A DNA stretch of 64,000 nt from an uncultured Bacilli bacterium (GCA_934129945.1 CAKOXC010000001.1:236152-300151), one strand, 5' to 3'. Positions 38,901 to 48,501 are shown, numbered from the stretch's first letter. Made by a program: numbers and translations. The notes: generated from the sequence alone by a model not told the origin.

Positions 38901-39747
38901 ATCAGTTAATGAATTAAAAAATAATAAAGAAACTATTAATGAAAAGACTTTAAGTGCTATTGGTTCTAGCGCTAAAGAACAAGCTATTAAAAAAGTTGAA
39001 AGCAATAAAGAAAATATTATGAAACAAGCAATGCAACAAGTTGTTGAGACTGAAAATCAAACACATACTATTAAAACAGCATCAGATGCTTCAGTTGATG
39101 GTAATGCAGAACTTATTGGAGCTTTAAAATTAGCTTCTCATGAAAGCTTAAAACAAGAAATTGGAGAGTCAAATTATAATGATTGCGTACAAGCAAGTTG
39201 CCCTTATTTAGCTGCAGCAGAAAATAAAGCTGTAAAAGAAGCAAAAGAAAAATTTTATAACAATGCCTTAGAACTTGCTAAACAAACTGCAGCTCAAACA
39301 GCTTATCAAACAGCTCTTAAAACTGCATCAGAAACTGCTTCTGAAACATCAACACAAGTAGCAACACAAGTTGCAGCTGTAGTTAAAAATACTGTAATTA
39401 ATAAAATGGTTACTTCTTTAAACACTTTAGTTGGAGGATTAGATTCTTTACTTGATGGCGCACAAACTTTATCAAATGGAATAGAACAATTTGATAATGA
39501 AGGTATTAATAAAATAGCTACATTAGTAAATGATAAAGTTAAACCTACAAGTAATAAATTACAAAGTTTAACTAAGTTAGCTAATGATTATAATACATTT
39601 ACTAAAACATCAAATAATGTTGATTCTAACACAAAATTTGTTTTAGTAATTGATAGTCAAAAGAAAGTTGAAGAAAAAAAAGAAACTAAGACAACTAAAA
39701 AAACTAACGAAACTTTTATGGATAGAGTAAAAAATCTATTTAAGTAA
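35983..39747 (+). CDS. MMPL/RND-superfamily membrane transporter with long C-terminal extracytoplasmic coiled-coil extension (YhgE/Pip-like)
   Basis: Two 6-TM bundles each followed by soluble loops; C-terminal about 550 aa rich in Q/A/T repeats resembling the phage-infection-protein YhgE/Pip family. Confidence 0.7.
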   Translation: MNKLGEKICKHKNLIIILTVILLIPALIGMYKTKINYDILVYLPEDIETIKGENILTDDFNMGAFAITIVDNMADKDVLTLESKIRDIDGVNKVVSIDDITGTTIPLEFIPSDITEKVAKGNSKLVLVTFNESTSDDVTLDAVQDLRNLVKNTAKVGGMSAMVLDTKELFNSEMALYVAIAVVLCIMVLMISLDSYLVPILLIANIGVAILFNMGSNIFLGDICYITKAISAVLQLGVTTDFSIFLYHKYEKAKKENKDINKAMSIAIHETLVSVFGSSITTIAGFLALCTMNLKLGTDIGIVMAKGVVFGLLCVITLFPALLLIFDKQIEKTKHKEILPKFTRVKNFVMKNYKIIFVVFLLLLFPAYKAQSKTSVYYKLDESIPDDYGYTIATKALKEDYDIVSQELILVSKDMSNSDMNMMVNEIKDIDGINLVLSPSSLSEYGLSEEMLSDDIKDIYQTDKYKMVLVNSTYDIATEELNDQITKVNNIVKKYDENSIVAGEGPLMKDLVEITDQDFKNVNTTSIAVIFVLMLIVLKSISLPVLLVTAIEFAIFINMGVPYFTGTEIPFIASVVIGTIQLGATIDYAILMTTKYLEERQKGTSKEDSIKIALDNSVTSIVVSGLCFFAATIGVGVVSKIDMIGSLCTLISRGAIISMIVVITVVPSLLMIFDKLICKTTLGFNKKERKINMKKNIKKMDSWALIAMLMTPALPVSALTKDETVYSKLETNGDTKYTIVTEHLINDKEENNLIDSTDLKDIINTNGSEKYTIDGDNIVWSSNKKDIYYKGSTEKELPVTLKATYKFDGKESDVKDMLGKKGNVEITLTYKNSDKHVVNGSTMYTPFVVTTATTFDSTTTSNLKVTNGKVVSNGKTYAVAAIATPGLYESLNISELKDMDTIKITFDTTDFELSSIYSMVNAKLIDSSDLKVFNELDSLYSKVDTLKSSSAKLVNGSKELTNGVKQIRSAVIASVNELKNNKETINEKTLSAIGSSAKEQAIKKVESNKENIMKQAMQQVVETENQTHTIKTASDASVDGNAELIGALKLASHESLKQEIGESNYNDCVQASCPYLAAAENKAVKEAKEKFYNNALELAKQTAAQTAYQTALKTASETASETSTQVATQVAAVVKNTVINKMVTSLNTLVGGLDSLLDGAQTLSNGIEQFDNEGINKIATLVNDKVKPTSNKLQSLTKLANDYNTFTKTSNNVDSNTKFVLVIDSQKKVEEKKETKTTKKTNETFMDRVKNLFK

Positions 39748-39811
39748 TCTACTGTTGATAAATATCAACAGTTTTTTTAAAAAAATATGATAAAATTAAT
39801 ATGGTGATAGT

Positions 39812-40507
39812 ATGACAATAGAAAAATTATGTTTATTATTTTTACTTTTTATAACTTATTCGTTCATTGGATGGTGTATGGAAGTAGGATGTAAACTTGT
39901 TGAATTAAAAAAATTTATAAATAGAGGTTTTTTAATAGGACCTTACTGTCCGATATATGGATGGGGATGTATATTAATAATTATTTTACTTAATAAATAT
40001 ACAAATGATCCACTGGTATTATTTATAATGGCTATAGTAATATGTTCAATACTTGAATATTTTACCAGTTATTTTATGGAAAAACTATTTAAAGCTAGAT
40101 GGTGGGATTATAGTAGAAGAAAATTTAATATAAATGGTAGAATTTGTTTAGAAACAATGATACCATTCGGTTTACTTGGCTGTCTTATAATGTACTTTGT
40201 AAATCCATTCTTTGTATCAATCTATTCTAAAATACCTTCAAATATATTAATAATTATATCTTCTGTTTTATTTACTATATTTTTAACAGATAATATAATT
40301 TCATATACTATAATGTTTAAAATGAAAATACCTAAGATTAAAATATCTAAGGATAATACTGAAGAGATTACAGAATACGTTAGAAGTATACTTGCTAAAA
40401 GATCTTTTCTATATAAACGTTTAATGAAAGCTTATCCTAATATGAAAATATTAAGAAATAAAGTTATGTCAATAAACAATGATATTGATAATATAAATCA
40501 ATATTAA
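39812..40507 (+). CDS. polytopic membrane protein (CmpB/DUF1113-like)
   Basis: IGWCMEV...GPYCPIYGWG motif pair characteristic of that family. Confidence 0.5.
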   Translation: MTIEKLCLLFLLFITYSFIGWCMEVGCKLVELKKFINRGFLIGPYCPIYGWGCILIIILLNKYTNDPLVLFIMAIVICSILEYFTSYFMEKLFKARWWDYSRRKFNINGRICLETMIPFGLLGCLIMYFVNPFFVSIYSKIPSNILIIISSVLFTIFLTDNIISYTIMFKMKIPKIKISKDNTEEITEYVRSILAKRSFLYKRLMKAYPNMKILRNKVMSINNDIDNINQY

Positions 40508-40516
40508 TGTGTTATA

Positions 40517-40837
40517 ATGAAAAAGAGGGATGATAATATGCAAAAATTTAGTAATTACTTATTAAATAATAATGTTGGCTTAAAAGAAGAAATTAATTCA
40601 AAATTAATTAATTTAATGATGTGCTTAAATAATAAAGAATTAAAAGAAAGTATTACTGATGAAGAATATGTTTATTTCACATATACTAGTAATAATTTAT
40701 TAACTAAGTATAGAGATATAATAACTCAAGAAATAATTAATGAAAATAAATTAGACATGTTGAATACTGAATTAGCAAAATTAAATAATGAAGTTTTAGA
40801 ATGCTATGAAAAAATAAATAAAGGTATTGGAAGATAA
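40517..40837 (+). CDS. hypothetical protein (106 aa)
   Basis: ORF 10 nt after upstream stop; helical, no motif. Confidence 0.4.
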   Translation: MKKRDDNMQKFSNYLLNNNVGLKEEINSKLINLMMCLNNKELKESITDEEYVYFTYTSNNLLTKYRDIITQEIINENKLDMLNTELAKLNNEVLECYEKINKGIGR

Positions 40838-40954
40838 AAGTTACACCATTTTGTGTGATTTTTTTAAAAAATAAGCATTAATTGAAATTGTTAATAAAAT
40901 TTAGTTAAAAAATATCAATATATGTTATAATAAAAAACAAATTGGAGGTATAAA

Positions 40955-42664
40955 GTGAAAATATTAGTTGGTTTATCTAATAATCTATTTGAAAATAATT
41001 CATTGCATAAGATGCACATAATTGATTCTGATATGATATCAGAGCCATATTTTTTATCTAATGATTGGAAAGAATTAGATTTGAATGAATTAAGTCAATG
41101 TGTTAATATTCAAGTTGATAAAACAAAATTTCAATCAACAATTCAAAATCCATTAGAATATATTTCTTCAAATTTTGATCTTGAAAAAATAGTTGACTGC
41201 GAAAAAAATGAGACTAATTTTCAAATAACAAATGTTTATTATGATGAGATAGAACAACCACAACTTTACAAAGCAGTTTATTCTGATGGTCGTATAATAA
41301 TTCATGATATTTCTGAATTATTTTATAGAAAAGAGAGCAGTTTATTAGGTAAAACAGTAGAAGAATTACCATCTTTTGTAAAAAAGGAACCATTATCAGG
41401 AGCATATGAGTGGTGGAAAGCAAAGGATGAAAATACCAAAAATATTAATAGTAGATATTTTTCTGGCCAATTTGAAGTTTATGAAAATATGCCAGTTAAA
41501 CTTTTATATCATTATCTAACTGGCGTTAAAGGTTTTAAAGTTGGTTATCATACTCAAACAGAAGTTAATGAAAATAATTCATCAGAAGTACAACATGAAT
41601 ATTTGTTATACAAAGATACTGCTAATATAAAATTAAAGGAAAGTGTGCTTTCAAAAGAAGAACAAAATTTGCTATTTGCTAATGATTATAACGATTATGG
41701 AATACATGGTGAAAGTGATCCATATCCTAATAAAAGAAAATTAAGCTATTATGGTGCAACTATGTCAATTATTTGCTCCAAAGAAAATTATCCATCATTT
41801 GATATTCATAGTGCTCCATCTTCCCAAAGAACATATAATAAAAATGAAATAGCAATTGAAATAGATTATAGAAAAAGATTAATGTATATATATAATAAAC
41901 TTGAGGAAAATGGATGTATTTCAAAAGATTGGAAATTAAGTGAACATAATATCTTTTTTGGAATGACAAAATATGCATTAATACCTGATGAATTATCGTT
42001 ATTAAGTGCTAAATTACAAAGTGAAAAAGAAAACAAGTTGTATGGTCATGTAATGTCTGCAACAAATGGACATTGGTCTACTTTTAATACAGATGATTGG
42101 ATAAAAGCATCTGGATTATTACTCAGTACACAATTTTATAGTACAGAGTTTAAAGAAAAATTAAATTCTATTTTTCAAAAATATAAATCTTTGTATATAA
42201 ATGGATTAAAAGAATTAATAGAGAAAATGGGAGCGAAAGATGCTCTTGAGACAATGAAATGGACAAAAGAAGCATCAAGAGAAGTATTAAAAAATATTTC
42301 AATAGTAAAAAATGATTATACTTTAAAAAAAGCAAATTCAGATATTGTTGATCAAATGAGTAATTTGTATACATATAAACGTAATAATTATCCTCTTCCA
42401 GAATGGTTACAAATATATTCTTTGGAAACAATCAAAATGTTAGGTGGAATTGATTCATTACAAGAACTTATTGATAAGCGTGGCGAACAATATGCAAAAG
42501 AATTTGTAATAATTTTAGCTGAAGAAATAGAACAAGAAATAAAAAATAAACTTCATAGTCAGAACAAATGCTTTATTAGTACAGAAGAAATAATAACAGA
42601 ATATGATTCAATTAATGCTTTAGAAAGTATTCCAAAAGATACATTAGGAAAAAGCAGAAAATGA
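40955..42664 (+). CDS. hypothetical soluble protein (569 aa), unknown family
   Basis: Long ORF with RBS ggaggt; GTG start; translationally coupled (ATGA) to downstream transporter. Confidence 0.6.
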   Translation: MKILVGLSNNLFENNSLHKMHIIDSDMISEPYFLSNDWKELDLNELSQCVNIQVDKTKFQSTIQNPLEYISSNFDLEKIVDCEKNETNFQITNVYYDEIEQPQLYKAVYSDGRIIIHDISELFYRKESSLLGKTVEELPSFVKKEPLSGAYEWWKAKDENTKNINSRYFSGQFEVYENMPVKLLYHYLTGVKGFKVGYHTQTEVNENNSSEVQHEYLLYKDTANIKLKESVLSKEEQNLLFANDYNDYGIHGESDPYPNKRKLSYYGATMSIICSKENYPSFDIHSAPSSQRTYNKNEIAIEIDYRKRLMYIYNKLEENGCISKDWKLSEHNIFFGMTKYALIPDELSLLSAKLQSEKENKLYGHVMSATNGHWSTFNTDDWIKASGLLLSTQFYSTEFKEKLNSIFQKYKSLYINGLKELIEKMGAKDALETMKWTKEASREVLKNISIVKNDYTLKKANSDIVDQMSNLYTYKRNNYPLPEWLQIYSLETIKMLGGIDSLQELIDKRGEQYAKEFVIILAEEIEQEIKNKLHSQNKCFISTEEIITEYDSINALESIPKDTLGKSRK

Positions 42665-43821
42665 AAAAATTAATATTTACACATTCAATAAATAGCATTG
42701 TTAGTAAATTTACTTCATTATTTTTGGCAATATATTTTTTAAAAATAACTGATGGAAATGTAGTAAGTGTAGTGTCATATTATTTATTTAAATATTCTCT
42801 AAATGGTATTTTTTCTTTTTTTTCTTTAAAATTAATTAACAAAGATAATGCTTTGAATGTTTATAGATTAGGTCTATTATCTAATGGATTATGTTTATTT
42901 ATATTATTAATTCTTGGAAATAAAGTAGCGAATTATATTTATTTATATGCAATAATAGATGGTTTGACTAGTTTATTATATTGGTCAGCATATAAAATGA
43001 TTTTAAATAATTTTAAAAACGATCATGAATTTAAAAAAATATTTTCTTATAATAGTGTTGTTACAAGTATAATTTCAATTATTTCGACAATTGGAATGGG
43101 ATATATAATAGTTAATGCTTCTTATAATATTGTAATAACTATTATTATTGTTCTTATTATTTTAGCTGTTATGACAACATTTAATTTTGATAAATATGAA
43201 TTTGAAATTAATAAGATTAAAGTTTCAAATATTAAATATATCTTAAAAGATAACCAAGCTAAGCAAATTTGTAAAATTGTTTTTTTTGAAGGAATGGGAT
43301 TTAGAGGCGGACTAGATACAACAATTACTTTAATAATATTTTTAACCCTTGCTTCAGAATCTAGTTTAGGTAATTTAAATGCTTTATTTGCTATGTTAGG
43401 TTTAATAACTTCTTTAATTGTTAAAAATCATTTAAAAGAAGAAAATAATAAAAAAGCATTTGCTATTTCAGCATTAAGTATTTTAATTGTAACAATACCT
43501 ATTATTTTTATAAATTCATTTTCAGTATTTATAATTTATAATATAGTATTTAACATAGCTTATAAAGTTACCCAAATTTTAGTTGATACTGCAGTTTTTA
43601 ATATTCATTCGAACGAAACTATAAAAAAATATTATTTAGAATATACTTTTATCAGCGAGACAATTCATGGGTTTGGAAAAGCATTAAGTGAATTAATTTT
43701 GTTGATTTCAGTTGTTTATTCTTTTAGCTTGATAAACTTAAGAATTGTAGCGGCAATATTATCTTTTAGTATAATTTTACAAACCATTGTTTACTGTAAA
43801 TTTAATAAAAATAGGGAATAG
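42661..43821 (+). CDS. MFS-like polytopic membrane transporter (about 10-12 TM)
   Basis: Hydrophobicity pattern with two halves and a central loop; overlaps upstream stop. Confidence 0.55.
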   Translation: MKKLIFTHSINSIVSKFTSLFLAIYFLKITDGNVVSVVSYYLFKYSLNGIFSFFSLKLINKDNALNVYRLGLLSNGLCLFILLILGNKVANYIYLYAIIDGLTSLLYWSAYKMILNNFKNDHEFKKIFSYNSVVTSIISIISTIGMGYIIVNASYNIVITIIIVLIILAVMTTFNFDKYEFEINKIKVSNIKYILKDNQAKQICKIVFFEGMGFRGGLDTTITLIIFLTLASESSLGNLNALFAMLGLITSLIVKNHLKEENNKKAFAISALSILIVTIPIIFINSFSVFIIYNIVFNIAYKVTQILVDTAVFNIHSNETIKKYYLEYTFISETIHGFGKALSELILLISVVYSFSLINLRIVAAILSFSIILQTIVYCKFNKNRE

Positions 43822-43955
43822 TTTAAATTTTGTATTCTCTAGTACTAAAAACAACAAAATATTATTTGATGTAAAAAGTTTAAAAGTCATAAAAATAAAA
43901 TGCTATTTACGTTATAATATATAAGTAAATAGCATTTTATTAAGTAGGTGTAATA

Positions 43956-44699
43956 ATGAAAAAATTAAATTCTAATCACTTAAAGTTAATTGCAATTATA
44001 GCAATGACAATTGATCATGTTGCAGATTTGATGTATCCAGGAATGCCTAATAATATGATTTCAAATATCTTACATATTATTGGTAGATTGACTGCTCCTA
44101 TTATGTTTTTCTTTATTTGTGAGGGATTTTATTATACTAAAAATTTAAAAAAATATATTTTAAGATTGTTTATTTTTGCTATTATATCTCACTTTGCTTA
44201 TTGCTTTTCATTTGGTATAAATTATATTCCATTTAGTTCGGGAAACATATTTAATCAAACAAGCATTATGTGGTCACTAGCTTGGTCAGTAGTTGCACTT
44301 TATATTGTAAATTGTAAAAATAATTTAAAAGAATGGCAAAAATGGTTATTAATTATTTTAATAAATCTTATAACTTTTTCTTCTGATTATAGTTGCATTT
44401 CTGTAATGGCAATTCTATCTATGTATTCAAATAAAGGTAATCTAAAAAAACAATTTATAAGTATGAGTTTTTGGATTTTAATTTATGCAGTTATTTCATA
44501 TTTATTTGTTAGTAAAGTTTATGGCTTAATCACAATTGGAGTTATATTAGTATATCCATTACTCAATGCTTATAATGAAAAAAAAGGCAAATTAAAATGG
44601 ATGAAATGGTTTTTCTATTTGTATTATCCCTTACATTTAATTTTAATAGGAATATTAAGAAGGATAATATATGGAAATGTACCATTATTATTTAATTAA
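43956..44699 (+). CDS. TraX-family membrane protein
   Basis: N-terminus LKLIAIIAMTIDHVA typical of TraX family. Confidence 0.7.
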   Translation: MKKLNSNHLKLIAIIAMTIDHVADLMYPGMPNNMISNILHIIGRLTAPIMFFFICEGFYYTKNLKKYILRLFIFAIISHFAYCFSFGINYIPFSSGNIFNQTSIMWSLAWSVVALYIVNCKNNLKEWQKWLLIILINLITFSSDYSCISVMAILSMYSNKGNLKKQFISMSFWILIYAVISYLFVSKVYGLITIGVILVYPLLNAYNEKKGKLKWMKWFFYLYYPLHLILIGILRRIIYGNVPLLFN

Positions 44700-44810
44700 A
44701 TGAATTATAATTTAATAATTAACAAAATAATTACTTTGATAATTTTTTTAAAATGTTATTTATCGATAACATTTTTTTTCTATATTCATAAACTAATATA
44801 GGTGATTATA

Positions 44811-46007
44811 ATGAGCAAGAAAATAGTCATAGATCCTGGTCATGGTGGAAGTGATCCAGGTACTTCAGCTAATGGAATAACTGAAAAAGACTACACTTTA
44901 AAAATAAGTCAATATATGAAAAAAAGATTGGATGATTTAGGAATTGAGAATTCTATTACTAGAACTGGTGATGAAACACTAGAGCCAAGTGTGAGACCAA
45001 AAAGAGTGCAAGATTTTTATGGTACTGGTAGTGATATTATAGTTGTTTCTAATCACATAAATGCAGGAGGTGCCGATGGTGCTGAAATAATTTATGCATT
45101 AAGAAACAATGATACATTACCAAGTAAAATAGCTAAAGAATTAGAAGCTGCAGGTCAAAATGTAAGAAAGTATTATCAAAGAAGGTTACCTAGTAATCCA
45201 GCAAAAGATTATTATTATATATTAAGAGATACACCTAATAATCAATCAATAATAGTCGAATATGGATTTGTAGATTCACCAGAAGATGACGTTAATCAAA
45301 TAAAAAATAACTATGAAGAATTAACTGAAGCAGTCGTAAAAGCATTAGCTGACTATGTTGGTGTTACTTACAGTCCTCCAGTTGGATCTAATACTTATGT
45401 AGTAAAAAAAGGTGATACTTTGTGGAGCATTGCTAGAAAAAATAATATTTCTGTAGACGAGTTAAAAAAATTAAATAATTTAACATCTAATTCGTTAAGT
45501 TTAAATCAAGTATTAAAGTTACCAACAAGTAATAATGACTTATCAACAACTTATACAGTAAAATCAGGAGATACATTATATAAAATAGCAAATCAATTTG
45601 GTCTTAGTGTAAATGAATTGAAAAGTATTAACAATTTATCAACAAATAATTTGTCAATCGGACAAGTTTTAAAAGTAAAAAAAGATACTAGTAATGATAA
45701 TACTACAAATGATAAATCATCGACATATACGGTTAAAAGTGGAGATACATTGTACTCAATTAGTAGAAAATTAAATGTGTCAGTCGATGAAATAAAAAGA
45801 GCAAATAATCTTACAAACAATTTATTAACAGTTGGACAAACATTACAAATACCAACAGATACAACTAAAGTTTATACAGTGAAATCAGGAGATACTCTAT
45901 ATACAATTGCAAGAAATAATAATACGACTGTTTCTGATATAATAGAATTAAACAACTTATCAACAAGTAATTTAACTATAGGTCAAAAACTGTTATTACC
46001 AAGTTAA
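44811..46007 (+). CDS. N-acetylmuramoyl-L-alanine amidase (Amidase_3) with four C-terminal LysM repeats
   Basis: IVIDPGHGGSDPG catalytic N-terminus; four YTVKSGDTLY.IA...NLS.N.L.IGQ.L LysM units. Confidence 0.9.
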   Translation: MSKKIVIDPGHGGSDPGTSANGITEKDYTLKISQYMKKRLDDLGIENSITRTGDETLEPSVRPKRVQDFYGTGSDIIVVSNHINAGGADGAEIIYALRNNDTLPSKIAKELEAAGQNVRKYYQRRLPSNPAKDYYYILRDTPNNQSIIVEYGFVDSPEDDVNQIKNNYEELTEAVVKALADYVGVTYSPPVGSNTYVVKKGDTLWSIARKNNISVDELKKLNNLTSNSLSLNQVLKLPTSNNDLSTTYTVKSGDTLYKIANQFGLSVNELKSINNLSTNNLSIGQVLKVKKDTSNDNTTNDKSSTYTVKSGDTLYSISRKLNVSVDEIKRANNLTNNLLTVGQTLQIPTDTTKVYTVKSGDTLYTIARNNNTTVSDIIELNNLSTSNLTIGQKLLLPS

Positions 46008-46060
46008 AAATTAGAGAGTTTCTGCTCTCTTTTTTAAAATAAAAAAGATGTATAAACATC

Positions 46061-46483
46061 TTAATGAAGTTCTTTGCATATTCCTGGATCTGGTATATAA
46101 AAACAATGATTTTTGTATCTTCCAGCTAAATCTTGGTTATACCATTTTTGCTTACAAGTTGAACCTCTACCTGGGGCATAAAACCATAACGAGTTAGTAG
46201 CTGGATGATAATATTCACCATTAAGTACTCTCTTAGCTAATGACTTTTCTAATGAAGTTGCTCTGCCTTCAAATAAAGAACTTTGAGTTCCAGTAAATTG
46301 ATTTTTCTGATAAATTGCATCATGAATAGATCTAACATTTTTAAATGTTAAACAATCTACTAAGGCACGATTAACAACAACATTACCAACCATTAACATT
46401 CCAAGATTTCCTTCGCCAAGTGCTTCAGCACGCATAAGTCTAGCTAAATGATCTAATTCTGTAGTAGAATAATTAATAAACAT
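46061..46483 (-). CDS. cwlJ: spore cortex-lytic hydrolase CwlJ/SleB catalytic-domain protein
   Basis: 140 aa; Hydrolase_2 motifs ARLMRAEA.GEG and GNVVVNR. Confidence 0.85.
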   Translation of the reverse strand: MFINYSTTELDHLARLMRAEALGEGNLGMLMVGNVVVNRALVDCLTFKNVRSIHDAIYQKNQFTGTQSSLFEGRATSLEKSLAKRVLNGEYYHPATNSLWFYAPGRGSTCKQKWYNQDLAGRYKNHCFYIPDPGICKELH

Positions 46484-46559
46484 ATAATCACCTATTAATA
46501 TAATATGTTTTTACTAGATTTATGAGAATAATTGTGATATACTAATTTCGTATTAACAC

Positions 46560-46600
46560 AGGGGTGTGGTATAATGGTAGCATAGGAGTCTCCAAAACCT
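46560..46600 (+). pseudogene. degenerate 5' half of a tRNA-Trp-like gene
   Basis: AGGGGTGTGGTATAATGGTAGCATAGGAGTCTCCAAAACC resembles the 5' half (through the CCA anticodon loop) of the intact tRNA-Trp 235 bp downstream; no T-arm or matching 3' acceptor strand. Confidence 0.5.
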
Positions 46601-46794
46601 TTGTTATAAAAGTTAAAAAGACTGATTTTACCTTATAACTACTGGGTTTATCAAATGTTATGTTTTGAACTGGTGGCACTTTTGGTGGCATAAGTATAAA
46701 TTTGAAACATATCATTTCGAATTAAATTAGTTTATAAATGATAATAATATATCATTTTATAATATAAATTGTTTGCTCTTAATTGAGCATTTAT

Positions 46795-46868
46795 AGGGGT
46801 ATAATATAGTGGTAGTATGATGGTCTCCAAAACCATTCGCGAGGGTTCAAATCCTTCTACCCCTGCCA
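46795..46868 (+). tRNA. trnW: tRNA-Trp (anticodon CCA)
   Basis: Cloverleaf: acceptor AGGGGTA/TACCCCT, anticodon stem ATGGT/ACCAT with loop CTCCAAA, T-arm AGGGT TCAAATC, 3' GCCA. Confidence 0.9.
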
Positions 46869-46904
46869 GAAAATCAATCGTTTTTAAACGATTTATATAT
46901 ATAT

Positions 46905-46945
46905 ACTAGTAAGAAATCTTACTAGTATTTTTATTTTCTATTGAG
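46905..46945 (+). terminator. terminator after tRNA-Trp
   Basis: TACTAGTAAGaaatCTTACTAGTA perfect hairpin plus T-run; preceded by a second small hairpin aatcgtttttaaacgatt. Confidence 0.75.
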
Positions 46946-47032
46946 ACCATTATACACATAATTAATTTTTTTTGCAAACTGACTTGATTAATTTTTTCAT
47001 GAGAGTTAACATCTCAAACGAGGTGATTTTAG

Positions 47033-47296
47033 TTGAGTAAATATGTTTATGAGAATCATGAAGTTGAAGAAGGATTATTTGTAACATTACAATTAATTGA
47101 TGCTATCGACATGAAATATAGTTGTTGTTTTCCAGCTGATATTGAAAAGGATATTGAAAAATTGTCTAGGCACTTAGTTAAATATGTTGAAGGTGAAGAC
47201 AAACATCCTAATGTAGATATTGAAAATACAAAACTTATACAGCAGTTTATATATAATAAGGATGATATTGATAAAATAGAAAAAAATCACAAATAG
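47033..47296 (+). CDS. hypothetical protein (87 aa), TTG start
   Basis: RBS gaggtga 9 nt upstream of TTG; first gene after tRNA-Trp. Confidence 0.4.
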   Translation: MSKYVYENHEVEEGLFVTLQLIDAIDMKYSCCFPADIEKDIEKLSRHLVKYVEGEDKHPNVDIENTKLIQQFIYNKDDIDKIEKNHK

Positions 47297-47340
47297 TATT
47301 ATATAATGTATGTTATGTGTTATAATGTTTTTGCAGGTGG

Positions 47341-47748
47341 TTGTTTATGGATAAATTTGAAAGATTAAAAGATATAATTAGAAATAAAAAAAATGATTTT
47401 AATATAAATAATTTTGTATTGGATACTAAAGGTTCTAAATCAAATATAAGTGATTATGCTATTGATTATAAACAAATAGAAAAACATCCTTATATTATAA
47501 ATCTATTAACTTACGAAAAATCCATTCCTGAAAAGAAAAAAAATTATGGAAATAAACTTGATTATGAAATGAATAAGTATTATTTTCTTAAATTATATAT
47601 AAATAAAGAAGAAGAATTATTAGAAATAACATTAAATAAATCATCTACAAAAAAAGATATACATTTATTATTTTTGAAATATCTTGATAAAATAAACTTC
47701 TTGAATATAAATGACTTCTTAGAATATTTATTTAAAGTTCTTCAGTAG
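47341..47748 (+). CDS. hypothetical protein (135 aa)
   Basis: ORF with RBS ggtgg; no motif. Confidence 0.4.
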   Translation: MFMDKFERLKDIIRNKKNDFNINNFVLDTKGSKSNISDYAIDYKQIEKHPYIINLLTYEKSIPEKKKNYGNKLDYEMNKYYFLKLYINKEEELLEITLNKSSTKKDIHLLFLKYLDKINFLNINDFLEYLFKVLQ

Positions 47749-47845
47749 AACTATATAATAACTACTTTTAAATGAGTAGTTATTTTTGATAATTTAAATG
47801 TCGATTTTTGTGTTATAATTATATAGTAGTAAAAATTATTTTGGG

Positions 47846-47890
47846 AGTAGTATTATCCTTGGCTTTGGTGATACTACTCTTTTTTTGTTC
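47846..47890 (+). terminator. hairpin terminator
   Basis: GAGTAGTAT...ATACTACTC 9-bp stem then T7. Confidence 0.65.
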
Positions 47891-47898
47891 AAGAAAGG

Positions 47899-48171
47899 AT
47901 GGCTATTGTGAATATTAAGGAGATTGATTATGAAACTGATTTTGGAAATGTAAAAATTAAATTAAATGTTTTAATGGATAAGAAACATATATCAATAAGT
48001 ACTATGAGTAAATTAGCAAATGTTAAATATGAAATAGTGAAAAAATATTATTATGGTGACAATTATGCTTTTACTTCAGAAATACTTGCAAAATTTTGTT
48101 ATATTTTAGATTGCAAAATAGATGATATATTAGTATATGAAACCTCGAAAGACTATGTAAATCAAGGCTAA
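47899..48171 (+). CDS. XRE-family helix-turn-helix transcriptional regulator
   Basis: HTH_3 pattern ...LMDKKHISISTMSKLANVKYEIVKKYY... Confidence 0.7.
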   Translation: MAIVNIKEIDYETDFGNVKIKLNVLMDKKHISISTMSKLANVKYEIVKKYYYGDNYAFTSEILAKFCYILDCKIDDILVYETSKDYVNQG

Positions 48172-48501
48172 ACAAAGTAAAAGGAGTTTATAAAGAGTTT
48201 ATAATTTATCATATAAAGTGTTTGATTTTTATAAAGTCAAGGGATAAAATGATTATAATAAGTCATAATTATGAAGAAGGATGAAAAAAATCCTTTTTTC
48301 ATTTATTCCACAAATTGGGAATTGACTTAAAAAATACCGAATGCTATTATAGTCAACAAGTATTTAAAAACGGTCTTATATCGTAATACTTTGGGGGATT
48401 GAATAATATGGGTTGGATTAATTATCATAGAGATTATTATACTGATGAAAATCAACAAAGAACCTTCTCCCCTTTTTTTAATAATAGCAGTAATAATTAC
48501 A

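Noticed and set aside
46560-46700. Possibility that the upstream tRNA-Trp-like sequence is a tRNA interrupted by an intron
   Set aside because: There is no 3' acceptor strand (CACCCCT) or T-arm downstream of the insertion point. The roughly 90-nt gap is far too short for a group I intron and has no conserved intron elements. A degenerate 5' fragment fits better.
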